Virus record (IMG/VR): IMGVR_UViG_3300027793_000007
Direction: 5' to 3' (one strand)
Origin: a virus
Length of the DNA stretch: 61,053 bases
The position numbers and the translations under genes are program-made. Shown in pieces: positions 8,847-16,272 of the stretch; the first letter of the stretch is position 1; every line of letters starts with the position of its first letter. A model generated the notes under the pieces. The model saw only the letters and a list, made by a program, of their open reading frames with translations. It searched no databases and was not told the DNA's origin.

Positions 8847-9230
8847 ATGTCTATTTACAACGCTACCCCACACCAAATCAACTTCTACTCAAAAGAAGAT
8901 GTTGCGTTTGATTCATCCCAACGCAAATACATCCTTAATGAAGGTTCTGCTCCTACATTTGTGGTAGCTTCAGGTACACCTGTCAATGCGAAGACCGCTA
9001 ATGCGCCAACCCCTGAAGCTGCTTTTGAAGTACCAGTGGTAGGCGCAGTACAATTTGTCAGCGTTGACCCATTGCCCGAAGGCTTTGACTTATATATTGT
9101 TTCTAACCTCTATCGTAGTGCAGTCCAAAGTTTAGGAGGAGATACTTCTAAACTTGCCACAGTAACTGATACCGTCTATACCAATGACACTATCAAACCT
9201 TGTGGCTGCCTTGCATTAGCGGTTGGCTAA
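8847..9230 (+). CDS. hypothetical protein (127 aa)
   Basis: Track ORF trimmed to ATG after AAAGGAA. Confidence 0.6.
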   Translation: MSIYNATPHQINFYSKEDVAFDSSQRKYILNEGSAPTFVVASGTPVNAKTANAPTPEAAFEVPVVGAVQFVSVDPLPEGFDLYIVSNLYRSAVQSLGGDTSKLATVTDTVYTNDTIKPCGCLALAVG

Positions 9231-9244
9231 CAATCAACTTCTCT

Positions 9245-9265
9245 AGCGCTACGCTAGGGAGTGAT
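9245..9265 (+). promoter_or_regulatory. phage promoter-like motif, copy 7
   Basis: agcgctacgctagggagtgat. No ORF lies directly downstream; copy 8 follows. Confidence 0.45.
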
Positions 9266-9305
9266 TAGAGTGTGAAAGTCCTGTTAGGCATCTCTAGTCC
9301 TATCT

Positions 9306-9325
9306 CATCCTACGGGGTGGGATAG
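9306..9325 (+). promoter_or_regulatory. phage promoter-like motif, copy 8 (UACG-hairpin variant)
   Basis: catcctacggggtgggatag, with left arm cctatctcatcc forming a roughly 12-bp hairpin closed by UACG. Lies 26 nt upstream of ATG 9352. Confidence 0.55.
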
Positions 9326-9351
9326 TTTATTAAATACTAAGGATTAAAGCT

Positions 9352-10107
9352 ATGCAAGGCTATCGCAATATCATCATCACACTTCAGTTTGGTTCTGCTA
9401 CTACTAATAGCAATGGAACTGAGGCAACATTCTATCATCGCTTTGCCGAATGGACTGGCAGTGAACAGATTGACAAGCTATTTCCTATCAGCGTGTGGAT
9501 TCCACAGAGTGATGCTGGTAGTACAGTAGTCATCTCTCAAGCTCAGGAAGGACAGTTGTTCGATATTGATGGCGACCTAGAAATGGGTGATATCAAGGGT
9601 GATTACAATGTCTATCATCCATACATCAAGATTCGCGCACACAATGTCTATCAGCACACAGCGCACAAACATTTTAACAAGGTAACTCTCTTTGGTAAAG
9701 CTCTACCAGCTACTAAGAAAGATGGTACTCCTTTGTTTGAGGTCTATGCTTCTAAGCCTAACCGCAATGGTCAAAGCGTACATCGCATGAAGTTTGCAGT
9801 TGAAAAGACTGGCTCTAAAAAGTTAGAAGATGGTAGCTACACTCAGTCAGAGAGCGTGTTCTTCAACATCAGTGCTAATGCTGATGAGAATGGCAAGGGC
9901 AAGTCTTCTAGCTTATTCCCTTACTTAGCAGGGCAACACATCTTTGCTACTGGCTCTCTAAGTATTAGTGGCTCTAAAGGCAAGATCTATACAACAGTGT
10001 TTGTTGGTGGCGCTCACGACTTTCTTCAGGGCATCTTAGCTCAGACTGGTGTTCGTAGTGAGCCAGTTAAGGTCAAGGTCTTTGGCGCTGATAACGAAGT
10101 GTTCTAA
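9352..10107 (+). CDS. hypothetical protein (251 aa); possible OB-fold ssDNA-binding protein
   Basis: Track ORF. FNKVTLFGKAL... resembles an SSB N-terminus, and the C-terminus ends acidic plus Phe (DNEVF). The functional call is weak. Confidence 0.5.
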   Translation: MQGYRNIIITLQFGSATTNSNGTEATFYHRFAEWTGSEQIDKLFPISVWIPQSDAGSTVVISQAQEGQLFDIDGDLEMGDIKGDYNVYHPYIKIRAHNVYQHTAHKHFNKVTLFGKALPATKKDGTPLFEVYASKPNRNGQSVHRMKFAVEKTGSKKLEDGSYTQSESVFFNISANADENGKGKSSSLFPYLAGQHIFATGSLSISGSKGKIYTTVFVGGAHDFLQGILAQTGVRSEPVKVKVFGADNEVF

Positions 10108-10159
10108 TGTTATAGGGGTGTGGCTATCTAAAGCCCACTCCATAACGTAGTGACTTTAT

Positions 10160-10192
10160 GGGAGTGTTCTGTGAGGATAGCTCCCTTTTTTT
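10160..10192 (+). terminator. rho-independent terminator candidate
   Basis: gggag...ctccc followed by ttttttt, downstream of 9352..10107. Confidence 0.5.
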
Positions 10193-10209
10193 CCCAATAG
10201 CGTAGCGTC
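10193..10209 (-). promoter_or_regulatory. the only reverse-oriented copy of the promoter-like motif
   Basis: cccaatagcgtagcgtc is the reverse complement of gacgctacgctattggg. It points into the 3' end of a forward gene. Confidence 0.4.
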
Positions 10210-10288
10210 TTTACTAGCGAGTTCTGTGAAGTGAGTCCAGCGCCGCAGGCATCCCTTTGAGTCCGAATACTGGAAACAAGTCTATCTC

Positions 10289-10307
10289 TAGCTACGCTAG
10301 GGGATAG
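10289..10307 (+). promoter_or_regulatory. phage promoter-like motif, copy 9
   Basis: tagctacgctaggggatag, 30 nt upstream of ATG 10338. Confidence 0.6.
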
Positions 10308-10337
10308 ATATTAATGGAATAAGGAAGTATTAAAGTA

Positions 10338-10457
10338 ATGACACAAGGACACAAAATTGCGTTAACCGTAGGAGTAATCCTAATTCCCTTTAATCCACCA
10401 CTAGGGTTAGCTGTGATTGCATTGACTGTATATGATAGCCGTAGGGAGTGGAAGTGA
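10338..10457 (+). CDS. hypothetical tiny membrane protein (39 aa)
   Basis: Hand-translated MTQGHKIALTVGVILIPFNPPLGLAVIALTVYDSRREWK. AAGGAAG RBS; TGATG coupling to the next gene. Confidence 0.5.
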   Translation: MTQGHKIALTVGVILIPFNPPLGLAVIALTVYDSRREWK

Positions 10458-11020
10458 TGACTGAACTACACCCTCTACTGACTACACCTACCAATGTTAA
10501 ACGAGCAGGGGGTGTAATGACCTTGGGTGCTTTACTCTCAGCACACATAGAGTTTCGTACTCGCTTACCCATGGGTTGGCAGCAACAGTATCAATTCACT
10601 GAGACTCATGCTAAGAACATATACCTTTGTCAATCCATAGCTAAGGAGTACATCACTTGTCAAACCTCATGCACTTGCGGTAGTTGGACTGAGCAAGTAT
10701 CCCTTAGTGAATGGTTACTCAATGAAGGTATTGAGTACAGTCCCATATGCAAACATCAAATGATGTTAGCCATAGGTCTATCTAATCAACTACCACGTAA
10801 GCCAGCGCACTCTATCCTATGGGAATTAGACGGCGATAAGGTTAAGGTATGGGCTACGCGAGATAATAGAACTGTTACTGAGTTAAAGGATAAGACCTTT
10901 GACATCAGAGACTTTGCTACTAATAAAGTAAAGTCCATTGCTGCTGGCTGGAACTTTATTAGGAAAAATCAGAATGGATTGGAAGTACTACAAACAACAA
11001 GTAGAGGAAAGAGAAGATGA
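10457..11020 (+). CDS. SWIM zinc-finger protein
   Basis: C-T-C-G-S-W ... I-C-K-H matches the CxCxnCxH SWIM signature. Start placed at the coupled ATG. Confidence 0.6.
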   Translation: MTELHPLLTTPTNVKRAGGVMTLGALLSAHIEFRTRLPMGWQQQYQFTETHAKNIYLCQSIAKEYITCQTSCTCGSWTEQVSLSEWLLNEGIEYSPICKHQMMLAIGLSNQLPRKPAHSILWELDGDKVKVWATRDNRTVTELKDKTFDIRDFATNKVKSIAAGWNFIRKNQNGLEVLQTTSRGKRR

Positions 11021-11376
11021 AACCAACTGAAGCTATTGATACAGGCTATACACCGCAACCAGCGCCTATTAAAAGAACTACCACACCTATCCATGACTTG
11101 GTAATCATTGACCTAATTACCTACACAACTGGTAATCATCTTCTAGCTAAGGAGATTGATGATAGGAAGAAGATTGGACTAGCAGAGTACGGTACTTATC
11201 TACAGGCTTTCAATGGTCGTGATTGCGAGACTGATGCTATTGAAGAGATAGTAGACATGATTTGCTATCTCAAGCAAGGAATCATGGAAGGTAAGGACTA
11301 TCTAGAACCTATCTACCACAGGGCTATAGCATTGGCTGTAGATGCCATTAACCTACGCGCTATCAACTCACCCTAA
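11017..11376 (+). CDS. hypothetical protein; weak resemblance to small MazG-like dNTP pyrophosphohydrolases
   Basis: Track ORF with ATGA overlap. The GLAEYGT...NGRD...EEIVDMICYL pattern is only suggestive. Confidence 0.5.
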   Translation: MKPTEAIDTGYTPQPAPIKRTTTPIHDLVIIDLITYTTGNHLLAKEIDDRKKIGLAEYGTYLQAFNGRDCETDAIEEIVDMICYLKQGIMEGKDYLEPIYHRAIALAVDAINLRAINSP

Positions 11377-11397
11377 CCTTCAAGTATCTATCCTCAA

Positions 11398-11417
11398 AGC
11401 GCTACGCTAGGGGATAG
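11398..11417 (+). promoter_or_regulatory. phage promoter-like motif, copy 10 (consensus)
   Basis: agcgctacgctaggggatag, 19 nt upstream of ATG 11437. Upstream ctatcctc is complementary to ggggatag. Confidence 0.65.
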
Positions 11418-11436
11418 AACTTATGAGATTAAAGTA

Positions 11437-11703
11437 ATGACTGAAGAACAAAAGTACTGCTACCTAGTAGAGCATCCCCATCACGGGACAAAAGTATTTT
11501 ACTCTGGTGAATACTATCAAACTGATGCTGCTAAGAATGCTGTTGATTATGCAGAGAACCTATGCATTGTATTTAAGCTCCCAATGCATGATAGCCCTAT
11601 TGAGAAGGTTCAAGACCTAAGCACTCAGTTCAGTGCTATCACTAAGTCCACTGTAGAGCTACCAAACATCCCAGTTGAAGCCCTGTTATCAGGTGTAGGT
11701 TAA
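11437..11703 (+). CDS. hypothetical protein (88 aa)
   Basis: Track ORF downstream of a motif copy. Confidence 0.6.
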   Translation: MTEEQKYCYLVEHPHHGTKVFYSGEYYQTDAAKNAVDYAENLCIVFKLPMHDSPIEKVQDLSTQFSAITKSTVELPNIPVEALLSGVG

Positions 11704-11838
11704 TTAAATCAAGCCGATGTCATCTTTAGTCCGAACGATTCCTAGACTCGTGTGGCACTCGGACGCAAGGCTTGTTATGACCGTGATGATGTCCTAGCAG
11801 AGACGTGCTGTAATTAGGTATGGAGCAATCCGTACCTA

Positions 11839-11858
11839 GTCCCTACGGGGTGGGATAA
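11839..11858 (+). promoter_or_regulatory. phage promoter-like motif, copy 11 (UACG variant)
   Basis: gtccctacggggtgggataa, 8 nt upstream of ATG 11867. Confidence 0.5.
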
Positions 11859-11866
11859 CTTTAAAG

Positions 11867-12460
11867 ATGACGGTAATGCCACAATACATCCATGAACTAG
11901 CCCTAGTACGCTCTACCATTCATCAAGCCGATGAGTTGGTAGAGTTGCTAAGCGATGAAGATACAGACCAATCTCAACTCCTTAATCAAATACATTCTAT
12001 CCTTGAACAAAACCAAGCAGGAGTAGACTTACTCATTGAGTTAAGAAACAAGCTAGAAGCAAATAGCGTATTCTACAATGAGCGAGCAGAAGCCTATCGA
12101 GAGTTCTCTACTCAAATGGCTGGTGCTTTGTCCTTCGTTAATGAGTCCATCCTTGAACTCTATGAAGTTGGCGAAATCCCTAACCGATTAGAAGGTAGTG
12201 CTGAGTCATTGTGTATTCAGAACAATCCTGTTAAAGCTCAACCACTATTTGATATTTCTGACTCTGAAGAAATGGAGCGTCTATGTGCAGAGTATCCACA
12301 CATCTTTAAGAAGAAGGTGATAGTGGAATATTCCTATGACAGTGCATACGTCAAAGCTAACCAAGATAAACCAGAAGTGCACAAGTACTTTAACTTTACT
12401 CAAGGCAAACACATAAGAGTTAGGCGCTCACAGAATCCAAAGTCTTTACCCAAAGGTTAA
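11867..12460 (+). CDS. hypothetical protein (197 aa)
   Basis: Track ORF. Confidence 0.6.
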   Translation: MTVMPQYIHELALVRSTIHQADELVELLSDEDTDQSQLLNQIHSILEQNQAGVDLLIELRNKLEANSVFYNERAEAYREFSTQMAGALSFVNESILELYEVGEIPNRLEGSAESLCIQNNPVKAQPLFDISDSEEMERLCAEYPHIFKKKVIVEYSYDSAYVKANQDKPEVHKYFNFTQGKHIRVRRSQNPKSLPKG

Positions 12461-12463
12461 GCC

Positions 12464-12649
12464 ATGAAATACATTATTCAAGGTAATCCTAAGAACAGAG
12501 GTGAACATTGGGGCGACTCATGGAGTCACGAAAGTGAGCATCTATCATTAGAGTTTGCCAGAGACCAACTGGCTTCTTTAAAGAAAAGAGATCCTATCGT
12601 ACAATACAGAATCGTTACCCAAGAACTTGTGACTACTGTTATAGAATGA
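12464..12649 (+). CDS. hypothetical protein (61 aa)
   Basis: Track ORF, 3 nt after the upstream stop. Confidence 0.5.
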   Translation: MKYIIQGNPKNRGEHWGDSWSHESEHLSLEFARDQLASLKKRDPIVQYRIVTQELVTTVIE

Positions 12650-12689
12650 CTCTGCCTAAAGGCTAACCTTCTAGCGCTCTCCCCTCAAG

Positions 12690-12711
12690 GACGCTACGCT
12701 ACTAGGGGAAG
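12690..12711 (+). promoter_or_regulatory. phage promoter-like motif, copy 12, facing ORF-free sequence
   Basis: gacgctacgctactaggggaag, with left arm tcccct upstream. No ORF lies downstream before copy 13. Confidence 0.5.
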
Positions 12712-12918
12712 AAGATAGGATTGCCTTACTCAACTCCTAGTTTCTTCGCAAAGGGTTGAAAGGTTGGGTAAGCCTCTATGAGGACAACTTAGTCAGCCTA
12801 CTCCTTTGCTCTCCGTCTCACACCACATCCTTATCCTCTAATGTATAGTCCTCATAACGAGTGTGCCGTCAATGCCCCACAAGCGCATCTACTTAACAGT
12901 AGTTCGATAAGAGTCATG

Positions 12919-12938
12919 GCTACTACGTTAGGGGATAG
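12919..12938 (+). promoter_or_regulatory. phage promoter-like motif, copy 13 (variant), abutting a CRISPR-type repeat
   Basis: gctactacgttaggggatag is followed immediately by the repeat at 12939. Confidence 0.5.
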
Positions 12939-12976
12939 GGATTCAAAGCCTCTAAAACCCTTTTAGGGATTGAAAC
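12939..12976 (+). CRISPR. solitary CRISPR-type repeat unit (38 nt)
   Basis: ggattcaaagcctctaaaacccttttagggattgaaac. Identical over 41 nt to 16190-16230. Ends in the ATTGAAAC 5'-handle sequence typical of Cas6-type crRNAs. No second repeat occurs downstream. Confidence 0.6.
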
Positions 12977-13032
12977 TCAATTCAGCAGAGGACAGATTAG
13001 AGTTCTCCCTTTCTCGTAACATCATCTCCCAA

Positions 13033-13051
13033 AGCGCTACGCTAGGGAATG
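13033..13051 (+). promoter_or_regulatory. phage promoter-like motif, copy 14
   Basis: agcgctacgctagggaatg, 200 nt upstream of ATG 13252. The leader holds long inverted repeats (tcctttgcgta/tacgcaaagga; gttataca/tgtataac). Confidence 0.5.
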
Positions 13052-13251
13052 CTTAACGTTAAGCCGTGCGTCCTTTGCGTACCTCGCAGTTATCACCAGA
13101 GTCTGAGCTAGCTCGCGGCGACAGACCGTGCTATGGCGCTTGTGCTACGCAAAGGGATGCTTATAAGCCATTGTGGTGTTATACAATAGCAACGCCAATG
13201 AGTCTGGTGTATAACATCAGTTTCCAGTTCAACTAACTTAACAGTAACAGT

Positions 13252-13983
13252 ATGACCATTGTATTTACCAAGCCCAGCACTGGTGACATTAAGGTATCAG
13301 TACCACCATTTCCTTTGCGTTATAACAATAAGGAAAGATGTTTTGCTTTTCAAGCTGATGGATTTATTCGTGATGAGAACGAGAATCCTATCATGCCTGA
13401 TGCGGCTGTCGTAGGACTCTCTCACTTCTATGGTGAACTTCGTACTAGAGAAGATGAACAGACCAAAGAAGTAACTCCCATCACTGAGAAGATTTGGGTA
13501 TTGTATTGGATTGTCCTTCCCACTGCTAAGAACAAGCATGAGTTTCTCCCAGTTGGTAACCTCATCGCAACGTACCTTGTCACAAAGGCTCAACAGAACT
13601 TTGAGAAGCACATGGCAGTAGTTCAGAACTCTGGTAAAGCTCTCTATGAAGTTGTCACCACATTCAAGCCAGCTAAGTACGAAACAAAAACTCGTAAGGG
13701 TATTGACACTTTAGAGTTTGCTATTGTTGATGACGCTAAGGTTGACAAGGCTACTAAGGAATACATGAAGAAGGTAGCAGCTTGGATTGAAGGCGAAGGC
13801 AGGGATGTTGTATCTAAGATTGGTGAACAAGCTTACGATGGTAGTCTAGTTCCCATTAGTGGTAATGCAACTATTGATGCTGCTGCTATCTCTCAGTACC
13901 ATGCACTTAAGGGTAATGCACCCGTAATGCTATCTGCTGCTGTAGATGATGGCGCTGACTTTGATACTACTGTAGACGTTTAG
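13252..13983 (+). CDS. hypothetical protein (243 aa)
   Basis: Track ORF. The antisense ORF 13297..13611 looks spurious. Confidence 0.65.
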   Translation: MTIVFTKPSTGDIKVSVPPFPLRYNNKERCFAFQADGFIRDENENPIMPDAAVVGLSHFYGELRTREDEQTKEVTPITEKIWVLYWIVLPTAKNKHEFLPVGNLIATYLVTKAQQNFEKHMAVVQNSGKALYEVVTTFKPAKYETKTRKGIDTLEFAIVDDAKVDKATKEYMKKVAAWIEGEGRDVVSKIGEQAYDGSLVPISGNATIDAAAISQYHALKGNAPVMLSAAVDDGADFDTTVDV

Positions 13984-14110
13984 GATAATGAGGTTCGCAA
14001 TCCGTCAACACCATGCGCTAACAGTTTAGTGTGGTAGTCAAACGGGAGCTATAAATAATCTACCTAAGCTAACCACTTGGAGTAAGGATTTACCTCTCAA
14101 CACTCAATTA

Positions 14111-14129
14111 ATGCTACGCGATTAGATAA
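14111..14129 (+). promoter_or_regulatory. phage promoter-like motif, copy 15 (variant)
   Basis: atgctacgcgattagataa, 17 nt upstream of ATG 14147. Confidence 0.5.
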
Positions 14130-14146
14130 ACAACTAATCCGAGACC

Positions 14147-14272
14147 ATGAGAATACTTAGCATCCTTTGCGTCATAGTTGTGCTGTTGGCTAGCTGTGAC
14201 GCAAAGGATGATTCTTGTGTTCCCGGCTATCCAGACTGTCCAACTAAGCCTCAACCACGTGAATCTAAATGA
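14147..14272 (+). CDS. small putative lipoprotein (41 aa)
   Basis: Hand-translated MRILSILCVIVVLLASCDAKDD... with lipobox LLASC. ATGA overlap with the next gene. Confidence 0.55.
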   Translation: MRILSILCVIVVLLASCDAKDDSCVPGYPDCPTKPQPRESK

Positions 14273-14964
14273 CAAATCTATTTGAAACTGACCCACTACA
14301 TCCTTCCGAAGTCCACGCTGGTGCTGTAGTTTATTATGCAGACTCTCACACTCATGGTAATCAATACCTTCACGGTTTACAGACTACTAAGGTAATGGTG
14401 AGTGATGACAAGTCCTTTATCCTAGACAATGGTAAGCGTTTTAACCCTACCACAGGTAGAGAGATTACCCGTGGGAATGAAGGTTATCTATACCCCTACA
14501 CATCAGTAACTAAGGCTATGGTACTAGACGCTGAGACTAAGCTATTCCTAGTTAATGAAGTTCTATCCATTGACTTTAGCGCTCTCACAACACAGCAACT
14601 ATCCATGATCCTTGATGTAGCCCGTGGTGCATTTACCCAAATCACAGCGCCTACTCCTTGTGGTGGTGGTTGTGGTGATACGGTGAAGGTTGCTGGCATG
14701 GATGTTGAAGTAGAGCAGGCAAATACTTTACGCGCTGCTCAACGAGTAGTTACTGCTGACGAAGTCTCAGCATCTATTGCTAATGATGTAGCTAGAGTCA
14801 CTGAGTCAATGCGTGATAGACCCTTGCTTACTAACATTGCCCCTGTCGAAGTCTCAGCTACCATTGGCTTCAATGATGCTACCTATGAGTTATCTGACTC
14901 TGAGTTAGATGATATTGATGAAGATGATGAAGATGATGAAGATGATGACACTGAGCAAGATTAG
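14269..14964 (+). CDS. hypothetical protein with a poly-acidic C-terminus
   Basis: Track ORF ending DDIDEDDEDDEDDDTEQD. Confidence 0.65.
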   Translation: MTNLFETDPLHPSEVHAGAVVYYADSHTHGNQYLHGLQTTKVMVSDDKSFILDNGKRFNPTTGREITRGNEGYLYPYTSVTKAMVLDAETKLFLVNEVLSIDFSALTTQQLSMILDVARGAFTQITAPTPCGGGCGDTVKVAGMDVEVEQANTLRAAQRVVTADEVSASIANDVARVTESMRDRPLLTNIAPVEVSATIGFNDATYELSDSELDDIDEDDEDDEDDDTEQD

Positions 14965-14966
14965 AT

Positions 14967-14986
14967 AGCGCTACGCTATTAGATAG
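14967..14986 (+). promoter_or_regulatory. phage promoter-like motif, copy 16
   Basis: agcgctacgctattagatag, 27 nt upstream of ATG 15014. Confidence 0.6.
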
Positions 14987-15013
14987 AACTAAAACTATCT
15001 AATAGCTAAACGT

Positions 15014-15589
15014 ATGACACAATTCATTGCGCCCCCTACATCCCCTATTGCTCTATTGGTATTGTCTCTCCTCTCAACTGGTGGTCAACATCATGAGAAA
15101 GAGATTGAGAAATTTGCTCATACCAATAGAGCATCACACTTTATTTCTGTGCTTCGTAAAGATGGCTGGGAGATACAGACTATTAAGGGTAAGCAAGGTG
15201 AAGGCTCTAGTTACATGATGACTAATTCCGACCAAGCATCTAAAGTACAAGAGTCCCCTGACTTTGATATTACTAGCGCATTAGCAACTATGGAAAACCC
15301 ACCAGCCGAATTGACTAAGTTTGAAGACTATCAGTTTGCTGCTAGTAAAGTAGCTAGTCAGCTAAGCCTATTTACTCCTGCTAATTTAGAGCGTGACAAG
15401 CGCTTTGACATGACAGACCTTATCGAAGGTTGTGTTGATGTACTTCGCAAAGTTCAGATTGAAATCCTTGGTGGCAAAGCTCCTAGCATTAAAGAACTCA
15501 AAGCTCAAGGGAAACTCTCTAAAGCTCTAGTTGAAGTACTTGGTGCTATCGATATTCTTAATGGGAAAGAAAAGCCTGAATCTTTCTAA
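15014..15589 (+). CDS. hypothetical protein; possible winged-helix DNA-binding N-terminus
   Basis: Track ORF. LLSTGGQHHEKEIEKFAHTNRASHFISVLRKDGWEIQT is wHTH-like (weak). Confidence 0.6.
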   Translation: MTQFIAPPTSPIALLVLSLLSTGGQHHEKEIEKFAHTNRASHFISVLRKDGWEIQTIKGKQGEGSSYMMTNSDQASKVQESPDFDITSALATMENPPAELTKFEDYQFAASKVASQLSLFTPANLERDKRFDMTDLIEGCVDVLRKVQIEILGGKAPSIKELKAQGKLSKALVEVLGAIDILNGKEKPESF

Positions 15590-15612
15590 CCATCTAGTAC
15601 TCTATCCTCAAG

Positions 15613-15634
15613 GACGCTACGCTACTGGGGGACG
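15613..15634 (+). promoter_or_regulatory. phage promoter-like motif, copy 17
   Basis: gacgctacgctactgggggacg, with left arm ctatcctc upstream. Faces the 1.28-kb ORF-free region. Confidence 0.5.
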
Positions 15635-15666
15635 ATGCGGCACATTGTCCTGACCACTACCTCTAG

Positions 15667-15685
15667 CATCTACGCTAGGGGATAG
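15667..15685 (+). promoter_or_regulatory. phage promoter-like motif, copy 18
   Basis: catctacgctaggggatag, about 375 nt upstream of the tRNA-like element. Confidence 0.55.
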
Positions 15686-16059
15686 TGTTAGATAACCTCA
15701 ACCACTATCAAGAGTAGGTGCATATCAGCACTGTACGAGGAACTGCTCCGTTCTACTGTCACACTTGGATTTAGCAGTTGTTCATCCAAGCGCATACAGC
15801 AAGCAAGCTCTGGATTTAGCGGCGAAAGTGTAGAGGAGTCATGACCTTTGCTTAGTAGTGTTAGTCTATGTCTAACCTTGCCTCTTGATTAGTCTATCGA
15901 ACCATGCATCCGAACAGACTTTAAACAGGAAGGTATGGAGAGTTGTTGCTAAGCTCTTTAAACTGCAAGTGGCGCTATCCACATCCTAAACATGGCAACA
16001 GATGTTGAACTGTAAAGACAACTACGGCAAGCTATGGGCCGAGAAATATATTAGCGGTA

Positions 16060-16186
16060 AGATGAGTGGCGGAATTGGTAAACGCATAGGCTGGAACTTA
16101 ATATGTGGAATTAACCCCGTCCTCTGCTATGGCTGTATTGCCAGCTATCAGAGTGTTCCTTACAGGTTCAAATCCTGTCTCATCTA
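16060..16186 (+). tRNA. non-canonical tRNA-like element (127 nt) with an oversized anticodon-side domain
   Basis: 7/7 acceptor pairing agatgag/ctcatct. Leu-type D arm tg-gcggaattggtaaacgc. Canonical T arm acagg-ttcaaat-cctgt. The middle is about 40 nt too long. It holds the helix atag(g)ctgg/ccagctat and one anticodon-like hairpin ttaat-AUGUGGA-attaa (16098-16114, would read GUG). Confidence 0.5.
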
Positions 16187-16189
16187 TAA

Positions 16190-16272
16190 GGATTCAAAGC
16201 CTCTAAAACCCTTTTAGGGATTGAAACTCATCTATAAGGTCTAGGTGGATAACCCCTATTAGGGATTGAAAC
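16190..16272 (+). CRISPR. mini CRISPR-like array: full 38-nt repeat, 23-nt spacer-like segment, degenerate 22-nt repeat 3' half
   Basis: Repeat 16190-16227 is identical to 12939-12976. aacccctattagggattgaaac (16251-16272) matches the repeat's 3' end at 20/22. The array begins 3 nt after the tRNA-like 3' end. Confidence 0.6.

Noticed and set aside
15690-16186. tmRNA, or a tRNA-Leu interrupted by a group I intron
   Set aside because: The acceptor halves are only about 120 nt apart, which is too short for a tmRNA or a group I intron. I found no tag-like reading frame ending in a hydrophobic-AA stop and no recognisable P7/P3 cores. A covariance-model scan should confirm this.
16002-16217. Track ORF (71 aa) across the tRNA-like element and CRISPR repeat
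   Set aside because: It overlaps clear RNA features (acceptor, D and T arms, and the repeat), is Cys/Gly-rich, and has no RBS.
16160-16272. tRNA 3' end as an attP site for integration
   Set aside because: No integrase, recombinase or excisionase gene is visible in the complete genome, and both tRNA halves are present rather than only the 3' part.
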